Virus record (IMG/VR): IMGVR_UViG_3300013233_000235 | Coordinates: 124,001-188,000 of that record | Strand: one strand, 5' to 3' | DNA: 64,000 bases | Shown: one piece after another, positions 47,511-56,991 of the stretch | Position numbering within the stretch: position 1 is the stretch's first letter | How the letters are laid out: each line of letters opens with the position of its first letter | Notes under the pieces: model-generated | What the model was told of the DNA's origin: nothing | Seen by the model: only the letters and a program-made list of their open reading frames with translations | Databases searched by the model: none | Program-made: the position numbers and the translations under genes

Positions 47511-48851
47511 CTATACCGATCCGGCATTAATATCCCCAACATATATCTCGTCAGGTGGGTAGACCACAGTTGGTATTGTGTCGCTATCGCGGCAATCGAT
47601 TATATCACTAGCGCTAATGGTGACTGGGATTACAGCGGTCCCATCGCCATCATCAGTCTCTAATAACGCCTCGGTGTCGTCACCATAGCCCACATCGGTA
47701 TCTACCACAACTGTATCATCAGAAGAAGCGACATCATCGGTGGTGGTACTGGCGTCACCAACACTTGTATCGGCAGACTCGCCGGTGGCATCGGTTGTGG
47801 CCGTGGCATCTTCTGCGGATGCACCGCCGGTATCAGAAGACCCATCGGTGCTATCAGTGGTGGCGTCATTGGATGTGTCCACACTATCCGTAGATACATC
47901 GCCGGCATCGGAGGTGCTGGCGTTATCACCATCGCTTGTACCGACATCTGTGGACGTGACATCATCGGCCGGGACCTCTGTTACCACCTCCACCCCATCA
48001 TCTGAAGACGCAGTTATGGTGGATGACCCATCCTCGTGCACTTCCTCGGTAGTAGTGGTGGTGGTAACGGTTTCAGACCCGTTAGCTTCGACCACATGCA
48101 CTTCCTCGGTAGTGGTGGTTGATGTAACCTGTGTAGTTGGGTGGTTAGTGATGTGGCTGTTTATGGTCTCCCTTAGGGCGGAGACCTCCACCTTAAGGTT
48201 CTCGTTGTCGGATATCAATTGCTGTAAGTGGTAGAAATACAGGTTAACATCTTCCCGCATTCTGCCAAGTAACTGCAATGTACGACCGTCTTGCTCGCGC
48301 AATGCCTGACCCGATGTGGCCAGCGGCCTGGCGTCCACCATCGCCTGGGTCATTTTATCGATGGCATCGGTGAGTGGGTTAAGCTTCTCGACATCATCGA
48401 TGGTGTGTGTATGTGGACCGGGTGGGTACAACCCCGGGAGATTACGGATATGGCTAAATACAACCACCCTATCGGCCGCTAATCGGATAGCATCCCTGAG
48501 ATTACGCAGCAGCTCATCGGATGTACCCTCGTACCCACCCACCAATTGGCAGGTCAGTAGCAGTTCCCCATACACCGCAGGATTTATTAACTCGATGGCA
48601 GTTGCAGCTTCGTGCCCTGTTGCTGCTACCACTTCAGGCTCAATGCCTAGAAAGCGGTAGTCCACCCCTAGCACCAATGGGGCGCTATCCAACGGTCTAC
48701 GTAGATAATGACCCTTGGTGTAAAATATACCCTCATTGCAGATGATGATACGGCTTCCATCCTCAGCTGCATTGTGGGGCTCGTCAACAACTAAGTTGGC
48801 GGGGTTTTTTGCCGACTCATCGTAATGCCGTTTAAATATACCGGTAACCAT
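47511..48851 (-). CDS. gp131-family baseplate/tail protein with long acidic T/D/S-rich tail
   Basis: N-terminal D....NP.NLV.DEPH...FY...LVLGVDY motif; low-complexity C-terminal half. Confidence 0.65.
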   Translation of the reverse strand: MVTGIFKRHYDESAKNPANLVVDEPHNAAEDGSRIIICNEGIFYTKGHYLRRPLDSAPLVLGVDYRFLGIEPEVVAATGHEAATAIELINPAVYGELLLTCQLVGGYEGTSDELLRNLRDAIRLAADRVVVFSHIRNLPGLYPPGPHTHTIDDVEKLNPLTDAIDKMTQAMVDARPLATSGQALREQDGRTLQLLGRMREDVNLYFYHLQQLISDNENLKVEVSALRETINSHITNHPTTQVTSTTTTEEVHVVEANGSETVTTTTTTEEVHEDGSSTITASSDDGVEVVTEVPADDVTSTDVGTSDGDNASTSDAGDVSTDSVDTSNDATTDSTDGSSDTGGASAEDATATTDATGESADTSVGDASTTTDDVASSDDTVVVDTDVGYGDDTEALLETDDGDGTAVIPVTISASDIIDCRDSDTIPTVVYPPDEIYVGDINAGSV

Positions 48852-48861
48852 GTATCACCCC

Positions 48862-49254
48862 CTAGGCTGTGTCGCCGAACCATCTAACCCGTAGATATCC
48901 GTAAACAGAAACGGCCATGTACATGGACTTACGACGGATAGGCTGTATGCCACCGAGCTTCATGGATTCATTAAAAATCCGGTTGGCTTTGGCCCAGCCC
49001 CAGCCTTCATCCAATGCATAGTCGTGAAGACATGCCTCAATGAAATACCGATCGATGGGCGGGAATAAACCCCACATCACGCGAAGTGTGCTGGCGCCAT
49101 CCGTGATAAACCCTTTGGGGATAGTGATCCCACTCGCTTGGTCCTTATATTCTTCAACAAAGAGGTATAGGACCCGGCCACCAATCTTGTTTGGTATGAT
49201 AGGTTGTACAGGGATCGGCGTATGGTCGGAAATATCGTATTTACTCTTATACAT
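48862..49254 (-). CDS. DUF1353-like protein
   Basis: IPKGFITDGAS...F.P..RY..A..LHDY...A...F...M. Confidence 0.8.
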   Translation of the reverse strand: MYKSKYDISDHTPIPVQPIIPNKIGGRVLYLFVEEYKDQASGITIPKGFITDGASTLRVMWGLFPPIDRYFIEACLHDYALDEGWGWAKANRIFNESMKLGGIQPIRRKSMYMAVSVYGYLRVRWFGDTA

Positions 49255-49259
49255 ATTGG

Positions 49260-50978
49260 TTATCCAAGTAAGAAGGCATTGCCGGCATCCGTTAGACCAG
49301 TGTCGGACCCTGGGGCCCCCACTATGCCACGTGCACCATCGCCTGATAAAGATACAGCGGTGCCGAGATAATCAGCGGCTAGAGAGCCTGTGACGCCTAG
49401 CTCGACACCGGCCAACCAGGTCCCTGAAACGTCAGCGAATGTGTACACCAGCCCGGCGTCATTGGCAGAGGAATCCGACATTGGACAACCCACAATAATG
49501 GCCAGTCCGTCGCCAGACATCCCCACTGCGTGACCAAACTGGTCATTTAGAGCAGGGGTGGGTGCTGTAAGAGTGGCCGCTAATGTGGGCACGCCTGTAA
49601 CCACGTTGAACACATATGCGGCACCGCCACCAGACACAGCGGAATCATCGCCCTCCGCGCCGATAACCACGCGGTCACCAGCGGCGCTTATGGCCGAACT
49701 TATGCCGAACTTATCGTAAGCCGACACACCAGTCGCCGTCAGGGTGCCAGATGGGCTCCAAGCACCAGATGTGGATGTGTACACAAACCCCGTACCGGAA
49801 TCAATACCTAAGGTGGCATCAGTGGGTGCTGTTATTACGGCGGTAACCCCTTGATCGGCTATCGCAACGCTGTAACCAAAGTAACCACCCTGCGACAGCA
49901 CGGCCGGCACGATGTTGGCGGACTGTACATATGCGCCAGTCACATCCGCGGTAAAGACATATACAGTGCCCACGGTTGTCAATAAACCATTACTCTTCGT
50001 GGGTGAGCCAATGATGATCTCATTGGTAACCCCTGCGATCGCAACGCTGTATCCGAACCATCCGATATCCGTGTGGTCTGTGGGTATCAGCTCCTGTGTA
50101 ACTGCGTAACCTGTGCCAGCATCCGTAATCACGTAAGCTTTACCAGCCCCAGCAACTCCGGCCGCATTGACATCGTTACTAGCACCCACCACGATAACAC
50201 TGCCATCGGCATTGACATCGATAGAGGAGCCAAAATATGCCGAAGGTGCGGCTGACGGGCTAGTTAACCGGGCAACCTCAACCCATATGTTGGATACGAG
50301 TTTTAGTATGAAAACCGCACCACCGCTTGCTGACGTATTGGAGTCTGTTGGGGCGCCTATTACGGCTACATCACCGCTGTCACTAATAACCACCGCGCTA
50401 CCATACCCACCCGATGTGGATGCCAAGCTTGGTGGTAGTGTAGATATAACCCCATTGATTGCCAGTGCATCCACGATGAAGCTGCTAACGGGGCCCCAAT
50501 TAGAAAGACCCCCCGAAACCGCCTCGTGTTTGATGCGTACGAAATGTTCGACAGATGGTGCTAGCTGGATACCCGCCACACCCAGATCGTAAACACCGGT
50601 ATTACCTGCTTGTCTACCACTCGCGTGTACGATGGTGGTAAAGGCGAGATCTGTGGCGATCTCTATAAACATGGCAGCCATGGTTTCAGACGTAAGATCT
50701 GTGGCAATGCCATTGAAAGCGCCACTACGGATAATGGGGCTCTGGTTTATACTGACGGCGGTGTTGGCCGGGCTAGCTACAACTGGGGCGCCAATGCCGG
50801 TAACCACATTACCCTTGATATCATGCCCACCGGCTTTAACGCCATCATGGATGGTTATCACGGGTGGGTTGCGACCATAGTCAATGATCAACTCATCCCG
50901 TATACCGGTTATGTTTGCCATGTTACCGGATATGCACGACTTCCATAAGAAATCGCCTAATAAAAATCTAGTACTCAT
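49260..50978 (-). CDS. tail adhesin: Mtd_N-like + Ig/Fn3 + FG-GAP propeller
   Basis: TIHDGVKAGGH; repeated FG.SVAIS.DG..VV+GAP. Confidence 0.8.
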   Translation of the reverse strand: MSTRFLLGDFLWKSCISGNMANITGIRDELIIDYGRNPPVITIHDGVKAGGHDIKGNVVTGIGAPVVASPANTAVSINQSPIIRSGAFNGIATDLTSETMAAMFIEIATDLAFTTIVHASGRQAGNTGVYDLGVAGIQLAPSVEHFVRIKHEAVSGGLSNWGPVSSFIVDALAINGVISTLPPSLASTSGGYGSAVVISDSGDVAVIGAPTDSNTSASGGAVFILKLVSNIWVEVARLTSPSAAPSAYFGSSIDVNADGSVIVVGASNDVNAAGVAGAGKAYVITDAGTGYAVTQELIPTDHTDIGWFGYSVAIAGVTNEIIIGSPTKSNGLLTTVGTVYVFTADVTGAYVQSANIVPAVLSQGGYFGYSVAIADQGVTAVITAPTDATLGIDSGTGFVYTSTSGAWSPSGTLTATGVSAYDKFGISSAISAAGDRVVIGAEGDDSAVSGGGAAYVFNVVTGVPTLAATLTAPTPALNDQFGHAVGMSGDGLAIIVGCPMSDSSANDAGLVYTFADVSGTWLAGVELGVTGSLAADYLGTAVSLSGDGARGIVGAPGSDTGLTDAGNAFLLG

Positions 50979-50983
50979 TATGA

Positions 50984-52639
50984 TTATCCGAGTGCATAAA
51001 CCGCACCGGCCTCGTTGCCATTTGTACCTTCACCGAAAGCGCCGACAGCGCCAACTGTACCATCGTTGCCGATAGCCCCGGAGAAGCCATAGTAGTCATA
51101 GCTACTGCTATTAGAAGCTGTTAGCTCAGACCCAGACTGTGCCCATGCGCCACTATCCTTAGTGAACACGTAGGCTGACCCACGGTAACTGGCGCTAGCA
51201 TAGGACCCAATCAAGATTGTGCTGCCATCCCCACTTATATTAACGCTGCGTCCAAAGTTATCACCGGCGGCGATCTCACTCGGCACTATTCGGATAGCCG
51301 GGCCCCAAGTGTTAGTGGCCAAGTCTTGCTCAAAGATGTACGCACCACCAGCATTGCTGCCATTGATGTCTTCCCCATAAGCCCCAACCACGGCAACTGA
51401 ACCATCCGCTGAGATATCCACCGAGAACCCAAAGTAACCGTATAGCTCGGGGTTAGGGGTGCTAAGCGTGGCCACCTCCGGCCAGTTGCTACCCTGGTTC
51501 TCGAAGATGGTGACCTCACCACCATCGCCAACTAAGGTGTCAGACAGATAGGATCCGGCTATGATGAAGTTCGTGTCACCCGATATGCTTACAGACGTGC
51601 CAAGATGATCACCAGTGGTATGGTTCCCAGGATTCAACTCCGTGCCGCTATCCCAATTGCCAACACCGCCTTCGAATACCCATACGTTGCCAGACGATGT
51701 ACCATTAACATCATCAAGGTCGGCACCGATTACACAGAAGATTCCGTCATCGCTCAGTCTGACATCGATGCCAAATTGATCACTATCGTTACCCGTACCG
51801 GCGAGCAGGTCCTGTTCGGCCCAGCCACCATTATCCTCGAAGATTATAACAGCACCATCATCATTACCACCGTCATCAAACAGGGGGGCACCTACTGCAC
51901 AGATCGTACCATCGAAGTTGAGGGCCACACTGTAGCCAAAGTGGTCGACTGGGTTGGAGTTCTTAGGATCACTTTCCAGGATATCGTTCCACACCCATTT
52001 GCCGGCAACCGACTTGTAAATATCTACAGCCCCTTCATCCGTTTGGTTATTATCCCCTAGGTAGGAGCCCACGGCCATGGTGCTATTGTCACCCGAGATT
52101 GCGATGGAGTGCCCTGACCTATCCCCGCCAGCGGGGTTGGCTGGGTATACAATTTCGATCTCTTTTGATAACGCGGCAGCGACTGTCGTAAATGACGTGA
52201 CAGCAGACCAAGCCGAGATGGGGGCTAGATTACTTTCGAAACGCACACGGATGTAATATGCCAACCCTTGGGTGAGTACCACCCCGGCCTGTGCCATATC
52301 GTGGCTGTTAAGATCGGTCAACCCCACAGTGCTATACACCGTGGTCGCAAAGGTCGGGTCCAGACTTAGCTCATAGTAACTCAAGATGTGTGCGCCGTCG
52401 CCCACCATGGTGCCCGTTGTGACAATTGGCGCAACAACGATTCCACTCGACCCATCTAAAGGGGAGGTGATGATAGGGGCCGCAATGGTGAATCCTACGG
52501 CCACAATGCCGTTACCACCCACGGTTGACCCATCTTGGATGTGCATGGGTCCGCGACCTTCCCGAATGGTTAGGCACCCGGTGGGGCCCACGTAAGTGGA
52601 CTCCGAGGCTGCGGTCATGGTTTTTATTTGTACACGCAT
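50984..52639 (-). CDS. tail adhesin: Mtd_N-like + Ig/Fn3 + FG-GAP propeller (Asp-rich loops)
   Basis: HIQDGSTVGGN; seven FG-GAP-type repeats with D.NG..G loops. Confidence 0.8.
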   Translation of the reverse strand: MRVQIKTMTAASESTYVGPTGCLTIREGRGPMHIQDGSTVGGNGIVAVGFTIAAPIITSPLDGSSGIVVAPIVTTGTMVGDGAHILSYYELSLDPTFATTVYSTVGLTDLNSHDMAQAGVVLTQGLAYYIRVRFESNLAPISAWSAVTSFTTVAAALSKEIEIVYPANPAGGDRSGHSIAISGDNSTMAVGSYLGDNNQTDEGAVDIYKSVAGKWVWNDILESDPKNSNPVDHFGYSVALNFDGTICAVGAPLFDDGGNDDGAVIIFEDNGGWAEQDLLAGTGNDSDQFGIDVRLSDDGIFCVIGADLDDVNGTSSGNVWVFEGGVGNWDSGTELNPGNHTTGDHLGTSVSISGDTNFIIAGSYLSDTLVGDGGEVTIFENQGSNWPEVATLSTPNPELYGYFGFSVDISADGSVAVVGAYGEDINGSNAGGAYIFEQDLATNTWGPAIRIVPSEIAAGDNFGRSVNISGDGSTILIGSYASASYRGSAYVFTKDSGAWAQSGSELTASNSSSYDYYGFSGAIGNDGTVGAVGAFGEGTNGNEAGAVYALG

Positions 52640-52651
52640 ATGTTACCCCTA

Positions 52652-53347
52652 CTAAACTGAGGTTGATTGCAGGTTATCGTGCAAGGCCTTAGATATGTTC
52701 AGTGCCCGTAGATCTGGCTCCGTCATCCCGTCCAGTAACCGATCAATGGAGGCTGCCGCATTAAACACCTTCCCACGATTAATGAGGATGGCTTTGTAAA
52801 GAGCCTGTGCAGCAGCCAAGGTATCAATGGTCAAATATCCACGCTCGAACGATGGGATCGCCCCGGGTGCGTCATTGCCCACCGACGGCATGATCCCAGA
52901 GAATAAGGTAACCTCGCCGAAGCCTTCAGTGTATGCGTAGACGACTCCGCTGACATCCGATACAGCTTGGCTGCCAGACTTAATAAGCAGACCATCATAC
53001 ATGAACCGTGCCTTCAATGTGTTGATCCGGGCCTGCTTCAGTTGCATACGTCTTTTTGCTAACAGTTCCATGACTGTCAAATCCCTAGCTGCTCGCACAA
53101 CAGTGATTAGTGAGTCTTCAGCAATCCGATCAACTGTCACCAGTTTCTGCCAATCCTCGCAGGGTGGCGTGGTGGTGGTGATAGGGATGATCTTAAGCAC
53201 ATTCGCTAGTTGTAGCGCCCCGCTTAAGACCCGTGGTACCAGGTCAGCAGGTACCCCGTATTTACCGCACACTTCTTTAACTGCGTCCATGGTGTATTCC
53301 ATTGGACCAGCTACCCGTAACGTACCTCTATAGATCTCGCAATACAT
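52652..53347 (-). CDS. possible tail fibre assembly chaperone (DUF4376-like C-terminus)
   Basis: Position between fibre genes; LKQAR....KA.F.YDG segment. Confidence 0.45.
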   Translation of the reverse strand: MYCEIYRGTLRVAGPMEYTMDAVKEVCGKYGVPADLVPRVLSGALQLANVLKIIPITTTTPPCEDWQKLVTVDRIAEDSLITVVRAARDLTVMELLAKRRMQLKQARINTLKARFMYDGLLIKSGSQAVSDVSGVVYAYTEGFGEVTLFSGIMPSVGNDAPGAIPSFERGYLTIDTLAAAQALYKAILINRGKVFNAAASIDRLLDGMTEPDLRALNISKALHDNLQSTSV

Positions 53348-53356
53348 GTCTTATAC

Positions 53357-55042
53357 CTACCCTAAAATTAATGCGCTACCAGCGCTGGCTAACAATGTGC
53401 TATCAGATGGCGCGCCGGCTATGACGTAATCACCATCTTTGGAACACCCAATGCTGCTTCCAAGCAACCCTCCGGCACCCGTGGTGGAACTCACAATGGG
53501 TGGTAATGCCGTCCACGCCCCGCTGACCAATTTATAGATGGCTACGGCGCCGGTGCTTGCCCCTGACACGGCGTTAGTTACATAAGGGGTGCCTACAAAC
53601 AATAACCCCACATCGTGGGCTACGGCCATTGCATACTGCCCACCAGAGACATCCACAGCAGTAAGAGCCGCGATGGTTGCTGTCCACACACCCGGCGCCG
53701 ATTCAGCGTAGATGTGAATGGTGCGCGTACCTGGCTCCGATACGAATAAGTGGCCCGAACCCTTATCGAACTCCACAGTGTCACCGTAAAAGGCGTCAAG
53801 TGTGGGGGTGGCCGAAAATAGTTCGGCTTCTGTCCACAGTGTTCCGCTCTTTGTGTACACGAATGCCCGGCCATAGATCGATGTCAACGCCCCCTGGTTG
53901 GTACCTACAGCGATAGCGGTGCCATCAAAGTTGATACTAACCGAATTACCATACCGCTGATAAACAGTGGATGTGGTGGGGGTGAGTTCCGCCGACCATA
54001 CCCACAGGCCTGTATTGTTTTTAACGTACACCAGTGCGGCACCAACCAGGTTATAATCGATGCGCCCTAAGACCATGGTGTTACCATCGCCAGAGATATC
54101 GATAGACATACCAAGTAGGCCCGATGGGATCGCTGTTGGTGATGTGATGGTCTGTTTAAGTACGAAGAATCCAGAACTGTCTGGGCTGTAAACGTATACC
54201 GCCCCAGCATTGGTAATCGTCGCACCGGTGGTGTCATCCAAGTATGGTGCGCTTACAATCAGATCTCCCGACGGGGTGAATGTAATCGCCGTGCCGTAAT
54301 AGTCATACGCCACCGGGTTGGGGTCTGTAAGTTTCTGTGTCTCCACGTACTGCCCGTTTACCATGGCGCTGATGTATACAGACCCTGCATCAGCCAGACC
54401 GTTGGCATCTTCTCGACTTGCGCTAACGGCTAACCGTTGTTTATCCGGGGATATCGCTACGGCCGACCCAAGGCCATCCCCCGCTGCTATATCACTGCTC
54501 TTGAATACCTGTAACTCCAAGCTGGGTGTGGAGGCCGCGACAGTGAAGCTTATCGGCGTAGACCATTCGCTGACACCACCAGTTTTAGAGGTGTGTTTTA
54601 CACGGGCGTATATAACACCCACTGGTAGAGTTGCGCCAACTTCTAGCAGATTGATACTCGTTAGATTGACGCTATCTTCCCCTGAGAAGTACGTACTGGT
54701 TAAAAAGGTGCTATCTGTACTGATCTCCCAGATGGCCCCGGCTTGCGTGTCTGCGCTGCGATCCTCTTTAATGCCATTGAACTGACTGGTCATGAGCAAT
54801 GGGCTAGGCAGGACGCCTGTAAGGCCGTTCAATGGGGATGTGATCACAGGGGTGGCCACCCCATTGATACCGAAGGACCCGAGTGGGTATCCACCGGGGG
54901 TGCTGCCATCACCGATACGTAGTCTCGGCAATGTGTCTCTCCAATCGATGAATAGTTCTCGATCAAGCTGGACGCTATTAAACATCAGATTGTCTTGGTA
55001 GCTTTTTAAAGGTACCGGTGTTGTAAGTAGTAATGTAGGCAT
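53357..55042 (-). CDS. tail adhesin: Mtd_N-like + Ig/Fn3 + FG-GAP propeller
   Basis: LRIGDGSTPGGY; FG-GAP repeats. Confidence 0.8.
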   Translation of the reverse strand: MPTLLLTTPVPLKSYQDNLMFNSVQLDRELFIDWRDTLPRLRIGDGSTPGGYPLGSFGINGVATPVITSPLNGLTGVLPSPLLMTSQFNGIKEDRSADTQAGAIWEISTDSTFLTSTYFSGEDSVNLTSINLLEVGATLPVGVIYARVKHTSKTGGVSEWSTPISFTVAASTPSLELQVFKSSDIAAGDGLGSAVAISPDKQRLAVSASREDANGLADAGSVYISAMVNGQYVETQKLTDPNPVAYDYYGTAITFTPSGDLIVSAPYLDDTTGATITNAGAVYVYSPDSSGFFVLKQTITSPTAIPSGLLGMSIDISGDGNTMVLGRIDYNLVGAALVYVKNNTGLWVWSAELTPTTSTVYQRYGNSVSINFDGTAIAVGTNQGALTSIYGRAFVYTKSGTLWTEAELFSATPTLDAFYGDTVEFDKGSGHLFVSEPGTRTIHIYAESAPGVWTATIAALTAVDVSGGQYAMAVAHDVGLLFVGTPYVTNAVSGASTGAVAIYKLVSGAWTALPPIVSSTTGAGGLLGSSIGCSKDGDYVIAGAPSDSTLLASAGSALILG

Positions 55043-55047
55043 ATTCC

Positions 55048-55266
55048 CTAACCATCCTCTTTTTCAGGCACTCCAGTGAAGAAGGAGCTTTTATCGTCAC
55101 CAACGCAGTAAGATACCAACGCAGATAACGCCGTATAGTTCATAATAATAGCGTCTGTATTTTCGGCATTGGTCCTACTGCCGGATAATTCGCTATTCTC
55201 ACGCATGTATTTACCAGCCATATTGTACCAGTTGGTAAAATACTCAATGTCTTTCTCAGTGCGCAT
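55048..55266 (-). CDS. small hypothetical protein
   Basis: Overlap-coupled ORF. Confidence 0.55.
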   Translation of the reverse strand: MRTEKDIEYFTNWYNMAGKYMRENSELSGSRTNAENTDAIIMNYTALSALVSYCVGDDKSSFFTGVPEKEDG

Positions 55267-55477
55267 TATACATCCTTTCTAATTTGGCATAGTAGGCTTG
55301 TAAGTACTGAGTGTTCTTAGAGAACCACCTCATCACCTCGGGGTCATTTATCTCCGCCACCGACAATGCTGCTGACTCCATCTTCAATATGTCCAACACC
55401 CGCAGTATCTCACCATAGATGTCTGGCTTTTTTGTGAGGGTGGACAAGTTGGCAAACATTATATCTTCTCTAGCCAT
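55256..55477 (-). CDS. small hypothetical protein
   Basis: AAGGAG SD. Confidence 0.65.
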   Translation of the reverse strand: MAREDIMFANLSTLTKKPDIYGEILRVLDILKMESAALSVAEINDPEVMRWFSKNTQYLQAYYAKLERMYNAH

Positions 55478-55503
55478 ATCGGGCTCCTTACCTGTAACGC
55501 ATA

Positions 55504-55533
55504 TAAAACACGAGGTGGGGAAACCCCACCTCG
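55504..55533 (-). terminator. intrinsic terminator
   Basis: CGAGGTGGGG/CCCCACCTCG hairpin followed by TGTTTT on the - strand. Confidence 0.7.
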
Positions 55534-55613
55534 CGCCCTAGAATGGCCACTATGGGCTCTTCCCTTTCTAATAACCACGTTACCAAAATAACGTGGGTGT
55601 AACTAGCGGAACC

Positions 55614-56633
55614 TTATACCAAGGCATCCATTTCCTGCACAGACAGGCGAACCTGTGCTGCTTGGAACATGCTCATGCTGAAGGACTTGGTCACTGAATC
55701 CAGAGAGGTTAACACCTGGGTGTTAATCCACTTGCTGGTAGCAGGATCAAGCATCATTGCATTCACATTCAAGAAGTCACCAGAAAGACCATGGATCTCA
55801 CTGTGGACCGCTTTAGCAGTAATGGAATCGTAGGTGTAAACCTTACCATTGATTTTACCCATCAGTGCTGCGGCACCGGCACCGGCTTCGCTTTTCAGCT
55901 CGTTGATGGCGGCGGTCAGACTGGAGTGATCAGTTGTGGTAAGAGTGGTGATGTCACCGGTTACGATACCCTGTGCTGTCTCGTAATCAGTCAATGCTTT
56001 GTTAGCATCGACGATTGCTTGATCAACGGTCTGGCGGTAAGAGGCTAAGTCGCTAGCAGCGCCTTCTGCAACACCGGCCACTTCATTGATAGCACCAACC
56101 AGGTCGCTTTTATATGAAGTGGTAAGGTTAGCAACATCGCCCATATCAGCAACGATGTTGTTGATGGCAGCCTGCACTTCACCAAGAGTATCCATCGCAG
56201 CGGTAGCACCACTAACAACAGATTCTTTCATGGTTGCGATTTTGCTATCCATCAACTGGGTAAGCGTATCCGCGATGTTTTGATCAGCATTGATTGCATT
56301 TGAAATCTCAATCAAGGTGTTCAACGCATCAGGTGCGCCACCGATCAAAGCTTGGATCTCACTACGGAATGAACCAGCGACGGTCGCATCACCATTGACT
56401 TGGTCAACAACCAATTTCAGCGCAGCCAATTCGGATACCGTGGCGAAGGTCTGTACGACAATGGCACCATTGACATCCAAAGAACTCAAACGCATGACTT
56501 TATCAGTGGTATTGTACCAGATACGACCAGCAACAATCGGAGATGGATCAACTGACAACTGCTCAGCATTCAGATCTTCGATCGCAGAACCTGGTACCAG
56601 GCTGATTCCATTAAACTGTTGATACTTTGACAT
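55614..56633 (-). CDS. fibre/whisker-like structural protein
   Basis: GAPDALNTL.EI.NAIN and GD...LTT..K/H..L..AINE fibre repeats; codon bias similar to MCP. Confidence 0.75.
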   Translation of the reverse strand: MSKYQQFNGISLVPGSAIEDLNAEQLSVDPSPIVAGRIWYNTTDKVMRLSSLDVNGAIVVQTFATVSELAALKLVVDQVNGDATVAGSFRSEIQALIGGAPDALNTLIEISNAINADQNIADTLTQLMDSKIATMKESVVSGATAAMDTLGEVQAAINNIVADMGDVANLTTSYKSDLVGAINEVAGVAEGAASDLASYRQTVDQAIVDANKALTDYETAQGIVTGDITTLTTTDHSSLTAAINELKSEAGAGAAALMGKINGKVYTYDSITAKAVHSEIHGLSGDFLNVNAMMLDPATSKWINTQVLTSLDSVTKSFSMSMFQAAQVRLSVQEMDALV

Positions 56634-56699
56634 AGGTAAATCCTTAAAAGGTATGATTAAGGTCCCATTCCCATTCCCTGCCCGTCACATGCATTCGCA

Positions 56700-56951
56700 C
56701 TAACGGGGCTTTTTACCCAGAGCTCTGTCGCGGTATCTACGTAAAGTCAGAAGAACGCGATCAGTAGACAAACAACACGAGTTTGTGTGCCTTGTATACC
56801 ACTCATCTTCAGGAACACTACTCTTGTAGACATAGCAATTCGTATCCAAATCGTAGCGTAACAGCTCGTTACTAGGGTCAGCCCCTATGAAAGCCGCAAA
56901 GTGCATGTTCTTTGACGGTACAGAGATTTCGTACGGTTTTTCCTTGCTCAT
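56700..56951 (-). CDS. small hypothetical protein
   Basis: GGAG SD; 83 aa. Confidence 0.65.
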   Translation of the reverse strand: MSKEKPYEISVPSKNMHFAAFIGADPSNELLRYDLDTNCYVYKSSVPEDEWYTRHTNSCCLSTDRVLLTLRRYRDRALGKKPR

Positions 56952-56991
56952 TTTAAACTCCGCATATCATTAAAAATAATGCACCACAGTA

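Noticed and set aside
49260-55042. Diversity-generating retroelement suggested by Mtd_N-like domains
   Set aside because: No reverse transcriptase and no TR/VR pair differing only at adenines was seen in this window.
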